DNA from: Polaromonas sp.
GTDB lineage: Bacteria > Pseudomonadota > Gammaproteobacteria > Burkholderiales > Burkholderiaceae_C
DNA: 64,000 bases
Direction of reading: 5' to 3'
Assembly: GCA_038902815.1 (NCBI GenBank)
Contig: JBCKNF010000003.1
Span: 26,809 to 90,808, forward strand
The notes under the pieces are model-generated. The model was not told where the DNA came from, did not search any database, and saw only the letters and a list, made by a program, of their open reading frames with translations. Of this stretch, positions 32,920 to 41,260 are shown piece after piece. The position numbers were made by a program, and so were the translations under genes. Position 1 is the stretch's first letter; the number at the start of each line of letters is the position of its first letter.

Positions 32920-33855
32920 ATGAAAAACGCCACCTTTCGACAACTAAGGGTTTTTACCGAAGTCGCCCGGCAGCTGAGCTTCGCCCGCGCGGCCGAGGCG
33001 CTGCACCTGACCCCGCCGGCCGTGACCATGCAGATCAAAGAACTGGAGAGGCATGTCGGCCTGCCCCTGTTCGATCGCAGTGGCCGGCAAGTGACGCTGA
33101 CCACGGTGGGCGAGTATATGCTGGTCTATGCCCGAAAAATGCTCGCCACGCTCAAGGACGCCGAGGATGCCGCCGCCCGGCTGCAGCGGCTGGACGTCGG
33201 CACGCTGACCATCGGCATGGTCAGCACCGCCAAGTACTTCCTACCCCGGCTGCTGGCGGAATTCCAACGCGAGCACGAAGGCATCGAAATCAAGCTGGCG
33301 GTGGGTAACCGTGAACAGCTCGTCAAGATGCTGCACGGCAACGAGGTGGACATTGCGATCATGGGACGCCCCCCGACCGAGCTGGCCACCCGGGCCGAAC
33401 CCTTTGCCGCCCACCCCCATGTATTTGTGGCACCCACCGATCACCCGCTGCTCAAGTTCGGACATCCCACTGCCGAAGCCCTGCGGCCCTACGGTTTTAT
33501 TGTGCGCGAACGCGGATCGGGCACGCGCGCGTCGATGGAGAAGTTCTTCGAGCACTTGCGCATGGAGCCGCGCGTGGTCATGGAGCTGGCCAGTAACGAG
33601 ACCATCAAGCAGGCCGTGATGGCCGGCATGGGCCTGAGTTTCCTCTCGCTGCACACCATCGGCCTAGAGTTGGAGCACAAGCTGATTGCCGTACTGGACG
33701 TGGAAGGCTCGCCCATCGTGCGCGCCTGGAACGTGGTACACACCTTGTCAAAGCTGCTCTCACCGGCGGCCGAAGCGTTTCGCTATTTCGTGCTGGAGCG
33801 AGGGGAAAGCCGGCTGGCCGAGAAGTACGGCAGCTTCATGCTGCTGCCGGGCTGA
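32920..33855 (+). CDS. cbbR: LysR regulator CbbR
   Basis: TFRQL HTH, VSTAKYF, RERGSGTR, SNETIKQAV. Confidence 0.92.
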   Translation: MKNATFRQLRVFTEVARQLSFARAAEALHLTPPAVTMQIKELERHVGLPLFDRSGRQVTLTTVGEYMLVYARKMLATLKDAEDAAARLQRLDVGTLTIGMVSTAKYFLPRLLAEFQREHEGIEIKLAVGNREQLVKMLHGNEVDIAIMGRPPTELATRAEPFAAHPHVFVAPTDHPLLKFGHPTAEALRPYGFIVRERGSGTRASMEKFFEHLRMEPRVVMELASNETIKQAVMAGMGLSFLSLHTIGLELEHKLIAVLDVEGSPIVRAWNVVHTLSKLLSPAAEAFRYFVLERGESRLAEKYGSFMLLPG

Positions 33856-33863
33856 GGGAGTTT

Positions 33864-35945
33864 TCATGCTCCCAGAAACCTGGCTTGCAGCGTTTGCAAA
33901 GCTGCCTCACTTGATCCGAACAGGTTTTCGCCACCCAACACCCCGGTCAGTCCGGCGCGGTCAAAGGTATCGCGCACCGGCGTCTTCAGGCTGCTGAATG
34001 CCAGGGTGACGTTCGCCTCCCGCAGATACCTGGCAATCTCGCGGATTTTTTCCTCGCCCGAGGCGTCGATACTGTTGATGCCTCTGCCGACCACCAGAAT
34101 GACCTTGGCCTCGGGGTAATCGGCGCGCGCTTGCAGGACCATGTCTTCGAAATGCGCGGCGTTCATGAAATCCACCGAACCGTCGTAGCGCAAGGCCACG
34201 AAGTGGCGGCTGACGGGCGCCACCCGATGCGTCTTGACGTCGCCCAGGCTGCCGTCCGGCAGGCGGCCCAGAATCACCGCGCGCGGCTTGCCCTGGCGCA
34301 GCAAAAGCAGGGCAATGGCCACGACAGCACCGAACAGGATGCCCATGTCCAGGTGCGGGGCAAAAAACAGCGTGGCGACAAAAGTCACGATGGCAGTAAT
34401 GCCGTCATGGCGCTGAGTCTTCCAGGCGTGGTGCATGGCCTTGAAGTTAATCAAGCCGATCACCGCCAGCATGATGACGGCGGCCAGCACGGCTTGCGGC
34501 AGGTGGTAGAGCAGCGGGGTCAGGAACAGCAGGGTGATCAGCACCAGCACGCCAGAAATCACCGAAGACAGCCCGGTGACCGCGCCGGCGCCGATGTTCA
34601 CCGCGGAACGCGAAAACGAACCGCTGACCGGGAACGACTGGCTGAAGCTGGCGGTGATGTTGGACAGCCCCTGTCCGATCAGCTCCTGGTTGGGGTCAAT
34701 GCGTTCGCGGGTTTTTGCGGTCATGGCCTTGGCGATGGCAATCGCCTCCATGAAGGCCACCAGGGAAATCACCAGTGCCGCCGACAGCAAGGCGCGAATG
34801 CTGTCCCAGTCCAGGCGCGGCAGCGCAAATTCCGGCAGACCAGGACGGATGTTTCCGACCACTTCACCGCCGCCCACCAGGTGCACGCCTTTGGCGTCGA
34901 TCTTGTTGATGCGCCAGTGCACGGCCTCGGTGGCGGCCGCGCCGCGCAGCGCAAACAGGGTCTGGCCCTGCGCGTCGGCTGCGGCCACGAACAGGTGACG
35001 GCGCAGCGTCTGGTAGCGGTGCTGGTTTTCCTTTTTTCGGTCTGTCAGCTCCAGCTTGGTGAGATCGAGTCGGTAATCCATTGCAGCAACATTGGCGGTG
35101 TGCTCTTTTTGGTCACTGCGCACCTTTTTCAAAGCCGCGCGCTGTTGCACCAGCGAGTTCTCGAGCTCGCGAATTTCAACTTCCCGGTTCAGGTAGGACT
35201 GGGCTTGCAGACGCACCTCGGGATTGACGATGCGGCTCGCCTCGGCTGTCACTTTGTTCTCGAAGCCCATGTTCCAGCTGAGCAGCGTGGTCGCGGCCAC
35301 CGCAATCAGCATGCCAGGCGCTTTGGGCGCGTAACGCTTGAGCGCCAGCATGGTGGCCAGCGCCCCCAGTCCCATGAACAAGGTGGGCAGGTGCAAGTCC
35401 GCGATCTGTTGCAATACGCCCCAAATGTCGTTCAAGAAATTCTCGCTGCGGCTCATCGACACCCCCAGCAGCTTGTTCAACTGGGACAAGGCGATGATGA
35501 TGGCAGCGGCATTTATGAAGCCGATGATCACCGGGTGCGAGATCAGGTTGATGATGGCGCCCAGGCGAAACACGCCCATGCCAAGCTGGATCAGTCCTAC
35601 CAGCAGGGCCAGCAGGATGGCCAGGGCGATGAACGACTCTGAACCGATCGCCGCCAACGGCGCCAGGGTCGAAGCGGTCAGCAAGGCGACGATGGCCACC
35701 GGGCCGGTGGCGAGCTGGCTGGATGATCCCCATAAAGCGCCCACCATCACCGGCAAGAAGGCCGCGTACAGGCCGTAATACGAGGGCATACCGGCCAATT
35801 GCGCATAGGCCATGGACTGGGGAATCAGCACCAGCGCCACCGTGATCCCAGCGATTAGATCGGCGCGCAGGGTTGACCCGCCCATGGGAAACCAGCGCAG
35901 GAAGGGAAACATGGCGCTGGCCATGGCCATTAGCTTATTGGTCAT
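33864..35945 (-). CDS. SulP/SLC26 anion transporter with coiled-coil insert and STAS domain
   Basis: IPQSMAYA, GLYAAF, SGSFSRS, STAS IDASG. Confidence 0.9.
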   Translation of the reverse strand: MTNKLMAMASAMFPFLRWFPMGGSTLRADLIAGITVALVLIPQSMAYAQLAGMPSYYGLYAAFLPVMVGALWGSSSQLATGPVAIVALLTASTLAPLAAIGSESFIALAILLALLVGLIQLGMGVFRLGAIINLISHPVIIGFINAAAIIIALSQLNKLLGVSMSRSENFLNDIWGVLQQIADLHLPTLFMGLGALATMLALKRYAPKAPGMLIAVAATTLLSWNMGFENKVTAEASRIVNPEVRLQAQSYLNREVEIRELENSLVQQRAALKKVRSDQKEHTANVAAMDYRLDLTKLELTDRKKENQHRYQTLRRHLFVAAADAQGQTLFALRGAAATEAVHWRINKIDAKGVHLVGGGEVVGNIRPGLPEFALPRLDWDSIRALLSAALVISLVAFMEAIAIAKAMTAKTRERIDPNQELIGQGLSNITASFSQSFPVSGSFSRSAVNIGAGAVTGLSSVISGVLVLITLLFLTPLLYHLPQAVLAAVIMLAVIGLINFKAMHHAWKTQRHDGITAIVTFVATLFFAPHLDMGILFGAVVAIALLLLRQGKPRAVILGRLPDGSLGDVKTHRVAPVSRHFVALRYDGSVDFMNAAHFEDMVLQARADYPEAKVILVVGRGINSIDASGEEKIREIARYLREANVTLAFSSLKTPVRDTFDRAGLTGVLGGENLFGSSEAALQTLQARFLGA

Positions 35946-35949
35946 CGTG

Positions 35950-36066
35950 TCAAGCCCATGTAGAGCAGGGGCAGGATCGTAGGCAGTCGCCCACGGTGTA
36001 GCCCGTGATGCCCATGTCTTCCAGATCGGTGAGCAGCGACGATTCGAGCACCGGTTCAAAGCTCAT
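35950..36066 (-). pseudogene. P-II/SbtB-like remnant (38 aa)
   Basis: MSFEPVLESSLLTDLEDMGITGYTVGDC...; ATGA overlap with the upstream SulP stop; too short for the ORF track. Confidence 0.55.
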
Positions 36067-38372
36067 CGTGTTATTCCGTCTTTTGGTTCATCTGGCGGAA
36101 GAAAAATGCCGGGTCGCGCAAGCGCCTCGGCAAAGGAGAGCAGCGACTCTATGGCCTTGGGTGACTCAAGGTCGTGCCCGGGGTAGAAGGCGAGCAGGAC
36201 GTTGTCGCGAATCTCGACATACAAGCCCGGATGTTCGATGAGCCTGCGCTCCCTCCCGGAGTCAACCCAGGCCAGCCCCTGCGCCACATCCTGCGCGTAG
36301 AGGCGGTAGTGCCGGGCGAGCGCCGGGCAGCTCGCCAGATCCACTTCCTGGTACTCGACTAGATAGCGCTCTAAATAAGACCCGGGCGTAAGCGCGAGAT
36401 TGGGCCACTGCACGGAGCCTTCCTCCGGGCGACTCAGCATAACAAGTGTGTGGCGGTGCTCGGCGTAGTAGTCCGGGGCGGCGGTATGGCTGTAATCGAA
36501 CAGCCTGACCTGGCAGCCGCGATAGACGCCGCTCATCGCGTTGCTCTCCTGACGGTTGGTCCCGCGGCGCAGGTACACGAGGTTGTGGCTGTTGAGCGTC
36601 GCCACCGTGGACGGCGCAAACGCGAAGCCGTGACGCCGCGCCACCTCGGCCATCTGTAGTTCGCGCGTCGACAACTGCGCCTTCTCCTTGACCAGCTTCG
36701 CGTCATGCATGCGCGCCGACAACGCGTGGCGGGTGAACTGGTAGAAGTTGTCGAGGCCCTGGATCTCGAACGGACGCCTCGCGTGCAGGCACTCCTCGCG
36801 GAACTGGTGCAGGTATTCCATTGCGGTGTGATCAATGATCCGCCCGGATTCGGTGACGACGAGCGTGATGGCCGCACCCTGCGGGATCGCTTGCAGCAGC
36901 TTGTCGAGCGGCAGCAGATTGAAGCACACGACCGAGCCGAGCGAGATGCGGTAGTGCGGACCTTCCGTGTTCTCCTCCACCTTGACCTTGATCACCGGGT
37001 TGCGGAACAAGCCGCCGAAGTTGTCCCACAGCAGCTTGACCGACTGGGCGAAGGTGAGCCGCCCGGTCAGCACCATGCGCAGCGACGGCGTGAGCAGGTA
37101 CACGAGTAGCGCGATCTCCGCCGCAACGCCGAGCAGGATGCCAACCAGCAGGTCGGTAGCGAGAATCGCCGCGATCGTCACCACGAAGATCAGCATCTGG
37201 TCGCGCCCGATGATGTAGGTCTTGCGGAATACGCTGAACTCGCACAGCCGCCAGCCAACATAGACCAGAATCGAGCCGACGGCCGCCAGCGGGATGCGCG
37301 CGATGATATCCTTGGCCAGGAACAGAAACACGATCAGGAACGTCGCGCTATAGAAGTTGGCCCACAGCGTGCGGCCGCCGGCATCAATGTTGGCGCGGCT
37401 CGGGACGGCGTTGGGAATGATGGTGAGCCCACCGAAGACGGAGGATAGCGTGTTCGACACGCCCATGGCGCGCAGTGTTACGTTCGGATCCGACTTGCGC
37501 TGGTAGGGATCTATTTTGTCCACTGCGGCGATGCTCGCCAGCGACTCAATGCCGTCAATCAGGGTGAGCATGACCACTACCAGAAATATACTCCACCAAA
37601 TCTCGGACCGGTTCCAGGCCGCAGCAAACGCCGGCAACGTGATGCCGCCCTCGATGATGTTGTGCGGCATGGCGATCAGGTGCTGCGGCTCGAGCTGTAA
37701 CAGATAGCCGAGCCCGATGCCGATGCCCGCCACGGTCAGCGGCGGCGGGATGCGCCGCATCCAGGCATGGCGTGTACGGTTGAGATAGAACAGCAGGAAC
37801 AGACAGATGCCGCCAATCACCGCGATCGCCGCATCGGTCTGGAGCAGGACTGCGGGCAGGTTGGCCATGGTCACCAACATGCTCTTCGCGGGCGGCGCAA
37901 GCACACCGAGCAGCGCTGGGAACTGCTTGACGATGATCATGATGCCGATCGCCGCCAGCATTGCCTCGACCACCGTCACCGGCAGGAACAACGCGAAGCG
38001 CCCGGCCTTGAATAGGCTGAGCACGATCTGCACCAGACCGGTGAGGAAAATTGCCACCAGCAGCAGCGGATAGCCCACCGCGAGATCGCCGTCGCCGAGC
38101 AAGATAATGCTGGCGAGCACTGCCGGGGCGAGGCCCGCCGCCGGCCCGCTAATGCTGACGTAGGCGCCGCCTAGGAACGGAAAGATAAGACCAGCGATGA
38201 TCGCCGAGATCAACCCCGCGACCGGCGGCGCGCCAGAGGCGATGGCAATGCCCAGCGAGAATGGCAGATACACCAGCGCCACCTGCAGACCCGCCACCAG
38301 GTCATAGCGCCAGTGCTTTAAGCCTTTGATGCCGTTTTGCGGTTTTTCATGCGGCAATGGTTGCCGTATCAT
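36063..38372 (-). CDS. SulP family transporter (candidate bicarbonate transporter) with extra C-terminal domain
   Basis: LPFSLGIAIASGAPP, SGPAAGL, SRANIDAGGRT, IIDHT; lies in the carboxysome operon. Confidence 0.85.
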   Translation of the reverse strand: MIRQPLPHEKPQNGIKGLKHWRYDLVAGLQVALVYLPFSLGIAIASGAPPVAGLISAIIAGLIFPFLGGAYVSISGPAAGLAPAVLASIILLGDGDLAVGYPLLLVAIFLTGLVQIVLSLFKAGRFALFLPVTVVEAMLAAIGIMIIVKQFPALLGVLAPPAKSMLVTMANLPAVLLQTDAAIAVIGGICLFLLFYLNRTRHAWMRRIPPPLTVAGIGIGLGYLLQLEPQHLIAMPHNIIEGGITLPAFAAAWNRSEIWWSIFLVVVMLTLIDGIESLASIAAVDKIDPYQRKSDPNVTLRAMGVSNTLSSVFGGLTIIPNAVPSRANIDAGGRTLWANFYSATFLIVFLFLAKDIIARIPLAAVGSILVYVGWRLCEFSVFRKTYIIGRDQMLIFVVTIAAILATDLLVGILLGVAAEIALLVYLLTPSLRMVLTGRLTFAQSVKLLWDNFGGLFRNPVIKVKVEENTEGPHYRISLGSVVCFNLLPLDKLLQAIPQGAAITLVVTESGRIIDHTAMEYLHQFREECLHARRPFEIQGLDNFYQFTRHALSARMHDAKLVKEKAQLSTRELQMAEVARRHGFAFAPSTVATLNSHNLVYLRRGTNRQESNAMSGVYRGCQVRLFDYSHTAAPDYYAEHRHTLVMLSRPEEGSVQWPNLALTPGSYLERYLVEYQEVDLASCPALARHYRLYAQDVAQGLAWVDSGRERRLIEHPGLYVEIRDNVLLAFYPGHDLESPKAIESLLSFAEALARPGIFLPPDEPKDGITR

Positions 38373-38391
38373 TTTTTTGAACCCGCCCCGT

Positions 38392-38628
38392 CTAATCAGG
38401 CCAAACCGGAAGCGGGTGTGAGCTGCCAGCAGATGGAACCGTCTTACGTGCCGGACTGGTCTCCACTGGCTTGCTAACCGGGTCAGATGCTTTTGCTGAT
38501 ATTGCCGCTGGCACAGTTCCGGGTAATGTTTGTAATTTCGCCGCCGCGGGCTGTATCGGCTTACCCTGTTGCGATACGACCTGGCGCACACCCTGCGCAA
38601 GTTTTGACCCGATCTTTTTCACCGACAT
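38392..38628 (-). CDS. mcdB: Alpha-carboxysome positioning protein McdB
   Basis: Basic N-terminus, low-complexity middle, C-terminal VWPD; overlaps the mcdA stop. Confidence 0.85.
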   Translation of the reverse strand: MSVKKIGSKLAQGVRQVVSQQGKPIQPAAAKLQTLPGTVPAAISAKASDPVSKPVETSPARKTVPSAGSSHPLPVWPD

Positions 38629-39254
38629 AAAATCTCCTCAATAATCGCTTCAATATCCGCCACAGCCGTTTGGCCGCGTTTGCCCAGTCCGTAGACGCTC
38701 ACGCCTTCCACCGCGGCGCTGCGGTAGGCCGCGCGCCGCTGCATGCTGGCGGTCAGCACCGGCACATCAAATTCCGCCACCGCCTCGCGCATGTCGCGCG
38801 ACAGCGCATTGCGCGATTCCATCTGGTTCAGCACCAGACAGGCACGCAGGTCGGGGTTGTGCTGCCTGGCCTGGTTGACCGCGACCGCCATGTCTACACT
38901 GGCCCACAAGTCGATCGGCGAGGGCAACACGGGGATCAGCGCCAGATGCGCCATGCGCATGATCGCGGTGACCGCGTCACCCTGCGCCCTGGGCGGGCAA
39001 TCCACCACCACATAACGGTGGCTGCGCGCCAGTCGGTTCAGAACGGCCGTCGGATTATCGGCCAGTTGGGCAACAGCCGGCAAACCCGAACTGCCGCCAC
39101 CCATGCCGACCCACTGGGTGATGGAGCGCTGCGGGTCGGCATCCACCAGGTGGGTGGAGCCGCGCCGGGCCAGACCTGCCGCCAGATTCAGCGCCAGGGT
39201 CGTCTTGCCGGTACCGCCCTTCTGGTTGATGACCACGATGATTCTGTCAGCCAT
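38619..39254 (-). CDS. mcdA: ParA-family carboxysome positioning ATPase McdA
   Basis: NQKGGTGKTT, DADPQ, VDCPP; cso operon context. Confidence 0.85.
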   Translation of the reverse strand: MADRIIVVINQKGGTGKTTLALNLAAGLARRGSTHLVDADPQRSITQWVGMGGGSSGLPAVAQLADNPTAVLNRLARSHRYVVVDCPPRAQGDAVTAIMRMAHLALIPVLPSPIDLWASVDMAVAVNQARQHNPDLRACLVLNQMESRNALSRDMREAVAEFDVPVLTASMQRRAAYRSAAVEGVSVYGLGKRGQTAVADIEAIIEEILCR

Positions 39255-39273
39255 GTGCCATCCTGTCCGGCCC

Positions 39274-39552
39274 TTAAGCCTTGCCCACTGCGGCCAGCGC
39301 TTCCATCTCGGAAATAAAGGGAGATTTGCGCTCATTCAGCGCAGCCTGCCCTTCACCATCAATGCTGACGTTGACGTAGGTTTTACCGAAACTCAGGTTC
39401 GGGTAGTAGTCCTCGCGCTTGGACAATTCCGCCAACTGATCCAGGAAGCGCCCCGTCTCGGCATAGCTGCCGAAATCAAAACGCCGGTTCAGCGTGGGCA
39501 GGCGCTCCTGTGGCGCGGAGGGAGCTGCGTTCGGGTCATTGGCATCGCTCAT
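39274..39552 (-). CDS. Pterin-4a-carbinolamine dehydratase-like Rubisco assembly factor (acRAF/Raf2-like)
   Basis: LNRRFDFGSYAET..FLD, YYPNLSFGKTYVNV. Confidence 0.82.
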   Translation of the reverse strand: MSDANDPNAAPSAPQERLPTLNRRFDFGSYAETGRFLDQLAELSKREDYYPNLSFGKTYVNVSIDGEGQAALNERKSPFISEMEALAAVGKA

Positions 39553-39992
39553 GGTGTCGCTCCTTGGTGAATTTCAGTCAGCAACCGATCCAACTCGCGC
39601 AAGTGGCCGAGCTCATCTTGCAGCAGACCGGCGAACAAAGTTTGCGTCTCGCCATCACGCATCCTGGCGCAGTAGTGGGCCGCTTCCTCGTACAAGCGGA
39701 TCGCTTCGATCTCGATCACGCGGTCAATCAGCAGCATCTCCGCTATGCTTCGACCCGTCCGGATCGGCGGCAACTGGGTACCATTGCAGGGAACACCCAA
39801 CACCAGCATGCGTGCTATCAGTTGCTGCGCATGCCCAAGCTCCTCCTCCGCATCGCTGCGGAAGCGGCGACTATGCTCGCCAAGCTGCCACATCGCGGTC
39901 AGACTGGCCTGGGCGAGGTACTGCTGCACTGCGGCCATCTCGTGGCTGAGCGCGCGCAGCAGATAGCCTGTCAGTCGCGGATCGGTCGCCAT
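39549..39992 (-). CDS. Carboxysome-associated bacterioferritin-like protein
   Basis: YLLRALSHEMAAVQQY, EELGH, DELGH. Confidence 0.82.
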   Translation of the reverse strand: MATDPRLTGYLLRALSHEMAAVQQYLAQASLTAMWQLGEHSRRFRSDAEEELGHAQQLIARMLVLGVPCNGTQLPPIRTGRSIAEMLLIDRVIEIEAIRLYEEAAHYCARMRDGETQTLFAGLLQDELGHLRELDRLLTEIHQGATP

Positions 39993-40003
39993 CGCCAGAG
40001 CCC

Positions 40004-40342
40004 TTAGCTTTGTATCTGACTGATTACGCCATCCAGTCCACTGTCACCGTCATCGGGTGTCTTCGGCAAAATGTTTTCCACCTCGGAGTGCACGCGAGCA
40101 ATGATGTGCGCCGCCACCAGGCCGTCGCCGACGCGCTCGCACGCATCCGCTCCGGCACGCACCGCCGCATTCACCGCGCCGGTTTCGCCGCGCACCATCA
40201 CGGTGACGTAGCCGCCGCCGACAAACTGGCGACCCACCAGGCGCACTTCCGCCGCCTTGGTCATCGCGTCTGCCGCTTCAATCGCCGGTACCAGACCACG
40301 CGTCTCGATCATGCCCAATGCCACTCCACTTACGTTTGCCAT
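40004..40342 (-). CDS. csoS1: BMC-H shell hexamer CsoS1 (B-like, C-terminal extension)
   Basis: [36 protein letters not shown]. Confidence 0.96.
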   Translation of the reverse strand: MANVSGVALGMIETRGLVPAIEAADAMTKAAEVRLVGRQFVGGGYVTVMVRGETGAVNAAVRAGADACERVGDGLVAAHIIARVHSEVENILPKTPDDGDSGLDGVISQIQS

Positions 40343-40391
40343 TTCAGTACTCCTTCTCTGATTCAGTTAATAAGTTAATAAGCTAAAAGCC

Positions 40392-40688
40392 TTATTCCGC
40401 CAGACCGCTGGGCAAAATATTTTCCACTTCACTGTGCACGCGGGCGATGATGTGCGCCGCCACCAGGCCGTCGCCGACGCGCTCGCACGCATCCGCTCCG
40501 GCACGCACCGCCGCATTCACCGCGCCGGTTTCGCCGCGCACCAGCACGGTAACGTAGCCGCCGCCGACGAACTGGCGGCCCACCAGGCGCACTTCCGCCG
40601 CTTTGGTCATCGCGTCTGCCGCTTCAATCGCCGGTACCAGACCACGTGTCTCGATCATTCCCAATGCCACACCTCTTACGTTTGCCAT
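40392..40688 (-). CDS. csoS1: BMC-H shell hexamer CsoS1 (A/C-like)
   Basis: Same CsoS1 signature, 98 aa, AGGAG RBS. Confidence 0.96.
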   Translation of the reverse strand: MANVRGVALGMIETRGLVPAIEAADAMTKAAEVRLVGRQFVGGGYVTVLVRGETGAVNAAVRAGADACERVGDGLVAAHIIARVHSEVENILPSGLAE

Positions 40689-40734
40689 TTTCAGTACTCC
40701 TTTTAGGTTAAAAAACTCTGCGTTAAAAAACTTG

Positions 40735-41001
40735 CTACTTATCCGCCTGGCCGTCGCCGGCATCCCATCCATCAATAATTCCGGCGATGGTCAGGTCGGT
40801 CAATATCCGGTAATCCCCTGCCGCGTAACGGGCTGCTGAACCGCTCACGGCAATCACCCATTTGCCCGGCGGCACGCCCACCGGGTCGCAGGCCACACTG
40901 AGCTTGCCTTTGGCGTCGGCGAGCACCCTGAGCGATGAATTTTTCAGCCCAGGTATACGCTGCGTGGCCACCAGATCAGACACAACACACATGATCTCCA
41001 T
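40735..41001 (-). CDS. csoS4B: Shell vertex pentamer CsoS4B
   Basis: MEIM...VACDPVG..GKWV..SGSAAR..TDLTIAGIID. Confidence 0.93.
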   Translation of the reverse strand: MEIMCVVSDLVATQRIPGLKNSSLRVLADAKGKLSVACDPVGVPPGKWVIAVSGSAARYAAGDYRILTDLTIAGIIDGWDAGDGQADK

Positions 41002-41011
41002 CAAGGACGTC

Positions 41012-41260
41012 CTAATCTTCCGACCAGTGGTCGATGATGCCGACAATGGTGGCATCGGACGGGAAGTCCTTGCTGCCCGCGGCTTCCCGCGCCGCCGAGC
41101 TGCCCACCACGATCACCCAGTCGCCGGGGATGCAGCCCACCGCGTCAATCGCGATGCTCTGCGCACCGTTTTTTTCCTTCACCACCAGCAGCGGGCGATG
41201 ACCCATTTCCTTGATCCGATTGGTCGAAACCAGGGTTTTTTGCACCTGACAAATCTTCAT
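41012..41260 (-). CDS. csoS4A: Shell vertex pentamer CsoS4A
   Basis: LVSTNRI, DAVGCIPGDWV, GSSAAREAAG. Confidence 0.94.
   Translation of the reverse strand: MKICQVQKTLVSTNRIKEMGHRPLLVVKEKNGAQSIAIDAVGCIPGDWVIVVGSSAAREAAGSKDFPSDATIVGIIDHWSED

Noticed and set aside
38373-38600. ORF-track N-terminal extensions (SulP, also DsbD, GroES, CsoS1, S24)
   Set aside because: They overlap neighbouring genes or repeats; downstream starts fit homology and RBS better.
38619-39254. ParA as evidence of a plasmid or chromosome partition system
   Set aside because: No ParB; the partner ends in VWPD and lies in the cso operon, so it is McdAB.
40004-40688. Near-identical csoS1 tandem as an assembly duplication
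   Set aside because: The copies differ at scattered sites and in their C-termini; tandem csoS1 paralogs are normal.
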